Shown piece by piece: positions 1 to 7,975 of a stretch of 18,531 bases of DNA. Both the position numbers and the translations under genes were made by a program. Below the pieces are notes generated by a model that was not told the DNA's origin, searched no databases, and worked only from the letters and a program-made list of their open reading frames with translations. The DNA lies in the NCBI GenBank assembly GCA_016839785.1, contig JAEOTQ010000036.1, positions 1 to 18,531 of the forward strand, in the 5' to 3' direction. Source of the stretch: Candidatus Hodarchaeota archaeon. Its GTDB lineage: Archaea > Asgardarchaeota > Heimdallarchaeia > Hodarchaeales > Hodarchaeaceae. The first letter of the stretch is position 1, and every line of letters starts with the position of its first letter.

Positions 1-2
1 CC

Positions 3-242
3 GCCGGACGCGAGGCGCTAATGAAAGCAGTGATCGTTGATTTAGTTGATCAAAACTTTGTTTTGATTTCCGGTGGTGGTGTATCCGCTGTTAAACGACG
101 TCGCTGTAATATTAAGCATATTCGCCCACTAGATACTATTATAAGTATCAAACGGGGAGCAAAGGATGATGTAATTCAAGAGGCAATTGATAAAGCGGGT
201 CTCCTTGACGAGATCAAAGAACCTTTACAGATTACTGTATAA
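3..242 (+). CDS. rpl14e: 50S ribosomal protein L14e (5'-truncated by window edge)
   Basis: Frame is open from nt 3: AGREALMKAVIVDLVDQNFVLISG...VKRRRCNIKHI matches the archaeal eL14 pattern AGREAGxxxVIVDxIDxNFVL...VKRRRxNxxHL. The true start lies upstream of the window. Usual position before cbf5. Confidence 0.93.
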   Translation, partial: AGREALMKAVIVDLVDQNFVLISGGGVSAVKRRRCNIKHIRPLDTIISIKRGAKDDVIQEAIDKAGLLDEIKEPLQITV

Positions 243-271
243 ATTCTTTTTTCCATATATGGAGTCTTTTT

Positions 272-1246
272 ATGACTTCCCCTTTTTTTGTAAAGGTAGA
301 AAATTACCACAGTAGTCCTGACTATGGCATACCTCCTGAAAAACGCAGTGTTCCAGAGCTGTTGAATCTAGGCATCATAAATCTTGATAAACCTGCGAAT
401 CCAACCTCTCATGAAGTTACAGCATGGGTAAAACATATCCTTAGTATTAAAAAAGCAGGACATGGGGGTACCCTTGATCCCGCAGTCACAGGATGTCTTC
501 CAATAGCACTTGGCCGTGCTACACGATCTCTCCAAGTTTTGTTACCTGCAGGAAAACAGTACATTTGTATTATGAAACTTCACGATCCTAGATCACAGAA
601 TGAAGTAGAAAAAGTACTCGAAATCTTTCGTGGGAAAATATACCAAACACCTCCAGTGAGAAGTAATGTAAAAAGACAGTTACGAGTGAGAAAAATATAC
701 GAACTCGAGCTTATTGAACATCTTGATTCTCAATATTCATTACTGAGAATAAAATGTGAAGCCGGAACTTACATTCGTAAACTTTGCCATGACATTGGAT
801 TAATTCTAGGCACTGGGGCAAATATGCATGAATTGAGGCGTACCCATACAGGTCCATTTAATGAGAGCATGAGTAAAACATTGCAAGATCTAACCGACGC
901 TTGGTATTATTATAACGAAAATAGCGATGAAAAGGGAATTCGTGAAATAATCCTACCGATAGAAGCAATTTGTGTCCATCTTCCGAAAATCTTCATTCGT
1001 GACTCTGCTGTTGATGCTATTTGTCACGGTGCCCAGCTTACTCTTCCAGGGGTGATAAAATTCACTAGAAATATTGATAAGAATAGTTTACTGGCAATTC
1101 TTACCATGAAAGGAGAATTAGTGGCTTTTGGAAAAAGCATCATGACTAGTAAAAAAATTTCAGAATTAAAAAATGGGTTTTGCGCTAAACCCATTGCTGT
1201 TTTTATGGAAAAAGGAACTTATCCTTCCTCATGGAAAGAAATTTGA
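272..1246 (+). CDS. cbf5: H/ACA RNA-guided pseudouridine synthase Cbf5 (TruB family, C-terminal PUA domain)
   Basis: LDKPANPTSHEV, KAGHGGTLDP (catalytic Asp), CEAGTYIRKLC, PUA domain SAVDAICHGA...KGELVA. Confidence 0.97.
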   Translation: MTSPFFVKVENYHSSPDYGIPPEKRSVPELLNLGIINLDKPANPTSHEVTAWVKHILSIKKAGHGGTLDPAVTGCLPIALGRATRSLQVLLPAGKQYICIMKLHDPRSQNEVEKVLEIFRGKIYQTPPVRSNVKRQLRVRKIYELELIEHLDSQYSLLRIKCEAGTYIRKLCHDIGLILGTGANMHELRRTHTGPFNESMSKTLQDLTDAWYYYNENSDEKGIREIILPIEAICVHLPKIFIRDSAVDAICHGAQLTLPGVIKFTRNIDKNSLLAILTMKGELVAFGKSIMTSKKISELKNGFCAKPIAVFMEKGTYPSSWKEI

Positions 1247-1313
1247 TTTCTGAATAGTTTAGGGAAAAATGAAAATCTAAACTCTGGGATAAAGCCTGAA
1301 AAGGATAGGAGAA

Positions 1314-1331
1314 AAATTACCTGAGTAATTT
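1314..1331 (-). terminator. Hairpin AAATTAC-N4-GTAATTT running into a T tract on the minus strand just after rps11; probable terminator
   Basis: Perfect 7-bp inverted repeat 8 nt past the rps11 stop, between convergent genes. Confidence 0.4.
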
Positions 1332-1339
1332 ATGCAACT

Positions 1340-1741
1340 TTATACACGACGGCCTCGTCTTCCACCACGTTGCCTTGTACTATCGTGAGGAATGGGCGTT
1401 ACTTCTTCAATTCGTGTAATTTGTAGTCCTGACCTCGCAATTGCCCGTATAGCAGCTTGTGCTCCTGGACCTGGATTTCGTGCACCAGAACCCCCAGGGG
1501 CTCTAACCTTAACAACAATTTTTCTTATCCCTTTTTCTTTTGCAGCTCTTGCTATTTCGTGTCCAACCTTCATTGCGGCATAAGGGGATGATTGGTTACG
1601 ATCTGCACGAACAACCTGTCCTCCAGAAGATTTTGCAATGGTTTCAGCGCCAGTCATATCGGTCAAAGTAATTATTGTATTATTATATGAGCTTAAGATA
1701 TGGGCGATTCCAGTAGATGGATTTTTGTTTGCTTTTGACAT
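1340..1741 (-). CDS. rps11: 30S ribosomal protein S11 (uS11)
   Basis: [49 protein letters not shown]...GGRRGRRV. Confidence 0.98.
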   Translation of the reverse strand: MSKANKNPSTGIAHILSSYNNTIITLTDMTGAETIAKSSGGQVVRADRNQSSPYAAMKVGHEIARAAKEKGIRKIVVKVRAPGGSGARNPGPGAQAAIRAIARSGLQITRIEEVTPIPHDSTRQRGGRRGRRV

Positions 1742-1766
1742 ATTCTCTAACCAACTTTTTCAAAAA

Positions 1767-2327
1767 TTATTCTCTTCTCTCCGATGGAGGGGGACTAACA
1801 GCCCTTGTAGCTGGGACACTCAAGGCTGGATGTGCAGAATCATTATATGGAGAGCTTGGAGAATAAGCAAGTAGTTCTTCTTCTCCACGTTTTACATGAT
1901 AACTTGGAGCGGTGACTTTTCGGCCTTCTAGCGAAATATGTCCATGGCAAATCATTTGTCGGGCTTGCCAGGGTGAATTAGCTAATCCAATTTCGTGAAC
2001 AATAGACTGTAATCTTCGTTTTAAAAATTGTTCAACATTGAGAGAGAGAACATCATCAGTCAGTCCCTCTTCGTTTGCCATAATTCCCATCCGAAACAAT
2101 TTCTTAACGAGAATATTCCGTTCGGTTTCTCTTTGAGATTCTGGTAAAGCAAGTGATGCACGAGCTCTTGATCTGTATTTTCGGAGAATAGTTTGAGCTT
2201 TCCAAATTTCTTTTTTATTTCTGAGCCCAAATCGTCCCATATATTGCATTTCCTCTTCAATTCGTGTTTTATTAAACGGATGTCGAGGACCTTCAAGTTT
2301 TTTCCGTAATTTCCTAGGATCTCCCAT
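1767..2327 (-). CDS. rps4: 30S ribosomal protein S4 (uS4)
   Basis: MGDPRK...GLRNKKEIWKA...RRLQSIV...QARQMICHGHI. Start placed at ATG 2327 because the GTG at 2336 lies within the SD-like AAGGTGA. Confidence 0.97.
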   Translation of the reverse strand: MGDPRKLRKKLEGPRHPFNKTRIEEEMQYMGRFGLRNKKEIWKAQTILRKYRSRARASLALPESQRETERNILVKKLFRMGIMANEEGLTDDVLSLNVEQFLKRRLQSIVHEIGLANSPWQARQMICHGHISLEGRKVTAPSYHVKRGEEELLAYSPSSPYNDSAHPALSVPATRAVSPPPSERRE

Positions 2328-2337
2328 ATTTTTCACC

Positions 2338-2787
2338 TTATTGCTTTACTTTCTTCTTTGATACTCCGATTGTTGTTCCACCACGGCCAGAAGTTTTTGT
2401 TCTCTGCCCTCGGACAGGGAGTCCTAAATAATGTCGAATTCCTCTGTATGATCTTGTCTTTTTCTCTCGTTCAATATCAAGGCGAATAGTATCAATTAAA
2501 TCATTACTAATAATATGTATATCTTCACCTGAAACGATATCCTTCTGACGGTTGAGCATCCATGTGGGGATATCAAAAGCGGAGCAGTTTGTTATAATAT
2601 CCTCTATTAACTGAATCTCATCCTCAGTTAAAAACCCACATCGCATTTCGGGGTCTATTTCAGCTTTTTGACAAATCTGAGTCGCAAGACGGTAACCTAC
2701 TCCACGTATCTTGGTAACAGCATGAGCTACAAGCCAATTTCCTGGACAATCTGCTCCTGCAATCCTTAATTGGTGATTATACTCCAA
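2338..2787 (-). CDS. rps13: 30S ribosomal protein S13 (uS13), TTG start
   Basis: IRGVG, IPTWMLNRQKD, SYRGIRHYLGLPVRGQRTK. Confidence 0.98.
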   Translation of the reverse strand: MEYNHQLRIAGADCPGNWLVAHAVTKIRGVGYRLATQICQKAEIDPEMRCGFLTEDEIQLIEDIITNCSAFDIPTWMLNRQKDIVSGEDIHIISNDLIDTIRLDIEREKKTRSYRGIRHYLGLPVRGQRTKTSGRGGTTIGVSKKKVKQ

Positions 2788-3089
2788 TGTTAATTCCTAC
2801 TAATATTTGTTTTATAATGAATAGTTTGAACATCAAACACTCAAAGGTGTTTTCCGTTTTGCTATTCTCCTCTGCTTGATAAGGAGTTTGACTACCCTAT
2901 ATTATGGTTACGAACAGAATATGATCTGATTTGTATGCGGATCTTTTCAAGATACGATACTTCATAACTCAATTTCTCCCTCTTCCTTCGAAAAAGGGGA
3001 TTAATTTCTTTGAATTTTCCTAATAATAGATCTAATCATCTTTACTGTCGAATCTTGACCCAAAGTTAATTGAAATAATCAGAATTAGG

Positions 3090-3206
3090 CGCCGGGGGAG
3101 AGATTTGAACTCTCGAGCTCAAAGAGCACATGCTTTACGGTCGAAAGGATGATTCCTTCCTACGGTATTTCCAGGCATGCTTCCTGCCGGACTAGAATAC
3201 CCCGGC
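3090..3206 (-). tRNA. tRNA-Ser(GGA) with 34-nt intron at 37/38 (3135..3168)
   Basis: Acceptor GCCGGGG/CCCCGGC, discriminator G, anticodon stem CATGC/GCATG with CT-GGA-A^A loop, long variable arm GCTC-TTT-GAGC, T arm GAGAG-TTCAAAT-CTCTC. Followed by CCT, so CCA is not fully encoded. Confidence 0.95.
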
Positions 3207-3232
3207 TTTTTGTAATATGATTATTTTTGTTG

Positions 3233-3246
3233 TTATAAGATTTTCT
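3233..3246 (-). promoter_or_regulatory. BRE-TATA promoter of tRNA-Ser
   Basis: Minus strand AGAAAA-TC-TTATAA; the TATA lies 27-32 nt upstream of the mature tRNA 5' end. Confidence 0.55.
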
Positions 3247-3435
3247 TCTTCTTGTCGAAGCATTTGAGACTCTTATCTGCTTATTCTCCATTTCTGGAGC
3301 AAGTTAGTTTAAGGATGAGGTTCTCCATCATTATTCTGGAATTTAAAAGATGTTTTTTGATCTTTTTCTCACAAGTTTCACTAATTATATGTTTATAATT
3401 TTACCAGCTCAAGAATTTTAGTGATTATAAACGTA

Positions 3436-3457
3436 AAATTACCTTATTTGGTAATTT
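3436..3457. repeat. Perfect 8-bp inverted repeat AAATTACC-N6-GGTAATTT
   Basis: Read directly. Shares its arms with the palindrome at 1314-1331. Lies in the divergent intergenic region. Confidence 0.6.
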
Positions 3458-3722
3458 GGCATTTTTTGTTTGTCATAATGCACAAGAGCTTATTCATCTT
3501 AATGATCTTGATATGAGTAATTGAATAAATTAAATTTTGATGATATAAATTAAAAATTTCCATTTTCATGGACGAAGGAACGGTATTTATTTCACTTAAG
3601 CCAAATATTGACTTTTTGTCGGCATTGCAAAATTATTTGAAATAAGACTAGACTTATATTAGTGGGTATTAGACCTATTCCTAAACGGATTTATCTGAAC
3701 TTGTGATAAGGAGATTAATTTT

Positions 3723-5399
3723 TTGAGAGAAACATTTGTAAAAACTTCAAGAGGACTACTCACACTTACAGTTATTGGCATTTTCACAATTGTATTAGGT
3801 TTTCTCTACTATTCTGGCGTAGCTTCAGTAGACAGATTGTTTTTAGGCTTGGATTATAAAATCTTATTTGCATTCGGCTTTTACTTAACAATCATGACTG
3901 CTTTACCTTCACTATCGGTGATGGATGCCAGAGGGAAAACAAGTGTAAAGAAGATATATCCTCATTTAATACTCTTATTCAGTATCAGCTTATTAGGTAT
4001 TATTTATTCATTGTTAGTTTATGGTGGTTTTATCACTCCGATTGATACAGAAGTAGGTACATGGTTCGATTTCTTCCTTCTTTCTGGTGTTGTCTTCTGC
4101 GTGAGTTTATTACCATTACTGTTTGGTGTTCGTGATCGTGAACGACTTTGGAATCTCAAATTTCTCTATATAGCTCTTACATTAATAGGATTGATTTTAG
4201 AAACATTATCAATGTTAGTCTATGGCCATTATATTGATGATTTAATTGATTCAATCCCACTAGTCGGAGGAACTTCCTGGGATGTCTTATTCCTAAGTGG
4301 AGGGATATTTTTAATTTTAGGAATATTTCCATTATTAATTTCAGCTAGTCATGGTTTCCGCAATTTTCTCGACAGTACTAGGTTACTCTGGCTAATTACA
4401 GTAGTAATTGGGTTTGTTTTAGTCATTCTTTCGCTTCTTATTAGCATAGAAATTCTTGATTCAAACATCCTTCTAGATACCGAATGGACTGTTATTTATT
4501 CGTTTGGAAGTTTATTAATGCTTTCAACTGCAGCGTTCCTTTCTAGTTCAAGGAAATTTAGTGGTGTCTTAGATAAATTAAAATTCATTTGGGTCCTTAC
4601 ATTACTTATCGGAGTATTGATGGTGATAACTTCATTTTCACTTGTTTTATCATCTTCTTCCGAAGTACAAGACTTACTAAGTTTAGCAAATCAAAACTAT
4701 ACGTTTTTAGGTTATTCGTGGGATATAATGCTTATGTTTGGAGCAGTTTTCTCATTCGTCTCAATAATTTTCATGACTTCAGTTCTTTACTTTGAGACAG
4801 AAGAAGTGAGTGGGGACTTCCAGACATCTGACCTCTCTACCGATTCTTTCCTAGACTTGAAGACTACTCCAACAGAAATGGTTACTTACCTTGAGATATT
4901 AAGCAATAATGAAAGTAATTTGATAAACCAGTTCAAAGAAGCTGTTAGGGATGATAAATTTCGACCTCGTGTTTATGAATCTTTAGTAAAGCACTATGAA
5001 GGACGAATAAAATCATATAAAACTAAAATAGGCAGTCTTCGTAAAGCTAAACCAGGAACTCCTCAAGCTGACAAAGTGGGTGCTTTATTCGATTCTGTAT
5101 TAGGTGAAACACCTACACCGAAACCAATTCCAAAAACTCCCACGGTAGAATCTAAACCTGTAGGTCTTCCAACATCACCTCCTCCACCTCCGTCAACCCC
5201 TCCTGTAGCTCCTCCTATACCGACAGTTAGCATTCCTCCTCCATCTCCAACAATTCCTGAACCAGCAATGCCATCTGGACAAACAGGTGATTCTCCTCTT
5301 GATTTAATTGCGGATGCAAGATCAACAAGCATTGCAGAATTACGTGGAGAAATGCTCAAAGAGCTTCGTCGACTACGAGAAATTTTCAAAGAAGAATAA
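3723..5399 (+). CDS. Uncharacterised polytopic membrane protein (about 10 TM in about 70-aa repeats) with a cytoplasmic helical region, Pro-rich tract and conserved-looking C-terminal helix
   Basis: 558-aa ORF with TTG start preceded by AAGGAG. Hydrophobic aa 12-357, helical aa 385-441, Pro-rich aa 463-517. Confidence 0.85.
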   Translation: MRETFVKTSRGLLTLTVIGIFTIVLGFLYYSGVASVDRLFLGLDYKILFAFGFYLTIMTALPSLSVMDARGKTSVKKIYPHLILLFSISLLGIIYSLLVYGGFITPIDTEVGTWFDFFLLSGVVFCVSLLPLLFGVRDRERLWNLKFLYIALTLIGLILETLSMLVYGHYIDDLIDSIPLVGGTSWDVLFLSGGIFLILGIFPLLISASHGFRNFLDSTRLLWLITVVIGFVLVILSLLISIEILDSNILLDTEWTVIYSFGSLLMLSTAAFLSSSRKFSGVLDKLKFIWVLTLLIGVLMVITSFSLVLSSSSEVQDLLSLANQNYTFLGYSWDIMLMFGAVFSFVSIIFMTSVLYFETEEVSGDFQTSDLSTDSFLDLKTTPTEMVTYLEILSNNESNLINQFKEAVRDDKFRPRVYESLVKHYEGRIKSYKTKIGSLRKAKPGTPQADKVGALFDSVLGETPTPKPIPKTPTVESKPVGLPTSPPPPPSTPPVAPPIPTVSIPPPSPTIPEPAMPSGQTGDSPLDLIADARSTSIAELRGEMLKELRRLREIFKEE

Positions 5400-5415
5400 G
5401 ATTTTGATTATCGGT

Positions 5416-5443
5416 GAGAGGGAAAACTCTCCCCTCCTTTTTT
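5416..5443 (+). terminator. Hairpin GAGAG-GGAAAA-CTCTC followed by CCCTCC and T6; putative terminator
   Basis: Located between the convergent stops at 5399 and 5457. Confidence 0.4.
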
Positions 5444-5456
5444 GAGGATTGTTTGG

Positions 5457-7328
5457 TTATTTCCAGGATATAACCAATTCGTCATCTCTGAACGCCCTCT
5501 GAAATACATCACCGATCTCACTATTGGTTGCTATCTTAATTTTTCCTGATTTGGATGTAGTAGCATTAAAAAATTCAATGGGGGAGGAATCTTCAGATTC
5601 TTTGATGAAAAAGCTTATTTCTCTATTTTTTATTCGTTTAGGAAAGCTAATCGTAATTGTTCGTTTATGAAAAGTTATATTTTGTCGCTTAAGTTGACTA
5701 AATCCTGAATTCTGGAAACTTGAAGGAGATTTGTTTACATCGAGCTTCACATTCAAAATTCGTTCTATCGTCTTTATCGTCGCTCCTTTTTGCCCAATCA
5801 CAAGAGGAATATCTTCTTCTTGGGCATGAATTACGAAGCGATGTCCAAAGTTATCTTTTGGAACAATTTCAACTGATTGGTTTGTATATTGTTCCACCAC
5901 GCCCTTTATCTCGGCTATACGCTCTGGTTTAATTTTTTTTGCTTTGTGATCGGATTCATGCAAAGGAATGACAACAGTTTGTTCCCCAAACGTGTACATT
6001 TCATAAACTACATTTCCAGTTAAGAAATCACGGACTTCAACTACCGGCCGAGCGAGATCACTCTCGAATAATCCTGATGGAACCTTTACAGTCATTTTTA
6101 CTTCTAATATTGTCTGTATTTGCCCAGCCTCAATATACAATATAGTATCAAGTACACTAGGAATGACTCCTAGTTCTAGTTTTCCGATGAATCTTTGAAT
6201 AGCGTCTATGGCTGTACTAGAGTGAATTACTCCAATTAATCCAATTCCAGCCAAGCGAAGGTCTGTATACAAGCGAAAATCATCTTGATCGCGGATCTCA
6301 TCAAAAATAGTGTAATCTGGTCTAGATAACAAAAGAATATCATGAATTTCAGAGCGTGTACCAAAGTTCTTTGAATATTGGGTAATTTCTGCTTTTAGAT
6401 TCAGATCTCTTGGGGATTCAATCGTCTTAATGATTTTCCCCATTTCATAGTAAAATAGTGCTAAGGCACGAGTAAAAGTTGTTTTTCCAGCTCCAGGCCT
6501 ACCTGCGACCAATATCCCTTCGGCCTTTTCTTCAAGACGCTGATTTAAACGTGATGCCAGCCCATATTCTTCTAGTGCCATTCTTTTCAATGGACGGACA
6601 GCAGTAATTTCCCAACCATCAGAAAATGGAGGACGAGTAATTACAATCCTCCTATCTTCATACTGAACGATTGTTGATGTTTTTCTATCAATTTCAATAA
6701 AAGTATCAGGAAAGAAATCAGCTTTTTCTAGGATCTCATCAGCGTAATCAATTATTACTTCTTTTACAATAATTTCGGAGGAAAATTGTAAAAACCTTAC
6801 GGCACCTGGTTTTCCCTTTTTTACAAACACAGTTGTTCCTTGTTTGATATGAATACTCATAGTTTCATTATCAAAGTACCTATCAATTTTCAATTGCTTT
6901 TCATGCTGCCTAAGAGTGTTTGACTTAATGAATAGAGTTTTCACACCCATTGATTGAGCACTTAAATTCTGAATGTTATCAGAAGTGATTAGAGTTCCTC
7001 CTTCTTTCCATGCTAACTCACGAATTAATGCATCAAGTTCCCCTAACTCGAATTGGCGAGGTTTTCTCCCCCCTACTGAAAAAACGATCTCTTTCTGCTC
7101 ACAAGCTGATCTGATAAACTTGAGTTGTTCCAATCCATTTATTCCAGTTTTTTTACCTAAATTTGCTTGGTTTTCTAGTTCTAAAAGAAGTGCAATGGGG
7201 ATGGTGATTGTTGAACCAATTTTGATTTTGTGATTCAAAATTAGTTCCTTGAGTCCTCCATTTATAACCACAGATGTATCAGGAACATAGTGATCCTCCT
7301 CCGATCCAAAGTCAAATCTCCCATCCAT
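5457..7328 (-). CDS. PINA: PIN-domain P-loop ATPase with KH domain (PINc/VapC-family ATPase, Holliday-junction branch migration)
   Basis: PIN motif VPDTSVVING...ELENQANLG, Walker A GRPGAGKT, TIESPRDL, Walker B TIFDEIR, DLARPVVEVRDF, KH motif VIGQKGATIK. Confidence 0.93.
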   Translation of the reverse strand: MDGRFDFGSEEDHYVPDTSVVINGGLKELILNHKIKIGSTITIPIALLLELENQANLGKKTGINGLEQLKFIRSACEQKEIVFSVGGRKPRQFELGELDALIRELAWKEGGTLITSDNIQNLSAQSMGVKTLFIKSNTLRQHEKQLKIDRYFDNETMSIHIKQGTTVFVKKGKPGAVRFLQFSSEIIVKEVIIDYADEILEKADFFPDTFIEIDRKTSTIVQYEDRRIVITRPPFSDGWEITAVRPLKRMALEEYGLASRLNQRLEEKAEGILVAGRPGAGKTTFTRALALFYYEMGKIIKTIESPRDLNLKAEITQYSKNFGTRSEIHDILLLSRPDYTIFDEIRDQDDFRLYTDLRLAGIGLIGVIHSSTAIDAIQRFIGKLELGVIPSVLDTILYIEAGQIQTILEVKMTVKVPSGLFESDLARPVVEVRDFLTGNVVYEMYTFGEQTVVIPLHESDHKAKKIKPERIAEIKGVVEQYTNQSVEIVPKDNFGHRFVIHAQEEDIPLVIGQKGATIKTIERILNVKLDVNKSPSSFQNSGFSQLKRQNITFHKRTITISFPKRIKNREISFFIKESEDSSPIEFFNATTSKSGKIKIATNSEIGDVFQRAFRDDELVISWK

Positions 7329-7975
7329 CAGGCATCACCATTGTCAGAATTGTTTGTAGGAGATATTTCATCTCTGAACTCATATTCTAAATTATTATAT
7401 TCCAGCTCTAGTTGAGAAGCTTGATAATATGTTACATCTCCTAATCTATCTATTACAGATAATAGTAGCTTCTTTCTATCAATTTTTGCTTGTTTTACGA
7501 TTTGATCTAGGAGATCCAGATCAACATCCTCGCCTTCAGGTATTGGATAAATAACCGTTTTACTCACAGATTCTCCAGGTTTTCCTCCTCTTGAGTAAAT
7601 TCTAAAAGGTGCGGTAATCCGAGTCCCAATGCTAACAACATACCCCCGATTACGTAAATCTTTATATACTAAGTACCTACTCCAAAATTTGGGATTAACT
7701 TTTGTGAAATGGGTTACAAGTTCTTTTGATGCAATATCATTCCCAGTATCACTCAAATTTAAAATAATCCTCCCTCTATCTAGGAGTAGTAAAATCTCTT
7801 CAGGTTCTAAACAAAGAGTATTCTCTGATATCCAATGACCAAAATACCCATTTTCGAAAATCTCTGATGCAAGCGGCTTCTCGATTGTTAATTGAGGCGT
7901 TGACAAATCAAATATTATGGATGGGGGTGCTTCATCTTTGGATGATGGTTCTTCTTTCAATTCTCTTAATTCCAT
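7328..7975 (-). CDS. endA: tRNA-intron endonuclease (EndA) family subunit, probably a non-catalytic structural subunit
   Basis: GYFG, LCLEPEE, YLVYKDLRNRGYVV, FRIY, RKKLLL, IDRLGDVTYY. The catalytic Tyr and His positions read Ile120 and Val137. Its stop overlaps the PINA start (TGATG). Confidence 0.88.
   Translation of the reverse strand: MELRELKEEPSSKDEAPPSIIFDLSTPQLTIEKPLASEIFENGYFGHWISENTLCLEPEEILLLLDRGRIILNLSDTGNDIASKELVTHFTKVNPKFWSRYLVYKDLRNRGYVVSIGTRITAPFRIYSRGGKPGESVSKTVIYPIPEGEDVDLDLLDQIVKQAKIDRKKLLLSVIDRLGDVTYYQASQLELEYNNLEYEFRDEISPTNNSDNGDA

Noticed and set aside
1392-2296. ORFs 1392..1583, 1638..1874 and 2060..2296
   Set aside because: Overlap rps11/rps4 antisense or out of frame; no recognisable motifs.
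2788-3722. Long intergenic stretches either side of tRNA-Ser searched for small ORFs, C/D or H/ACA RNAs
   Set aside because: Only very short ORFs and partial boxes; an imperfect TTCTCCAT..TTCTGGA duplication near 3284-3340 is too weak to call.
5063-5389. 108-aa Gly-rich ORF on the minus strand
   Set aside because: Antisense shadow of the Pro codons (CCN) of the membrane protein.
5416-5434. GAGAG...CTCTCCCC resembles the tRNA-Ser T arm (possible att-site remnant) or a SECIS hairpin
   Set aside because: The loop differs, the match is short, there is no integrase, and no in-frame TGA selenoprotein candidate; a terminator is the simpler explanation.
4589-7838. ORFs 4589..4795, 5720..5932, 6973..7233 and 7629..7838
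   Set aside because: Nested within or antisense to well-supported genes.
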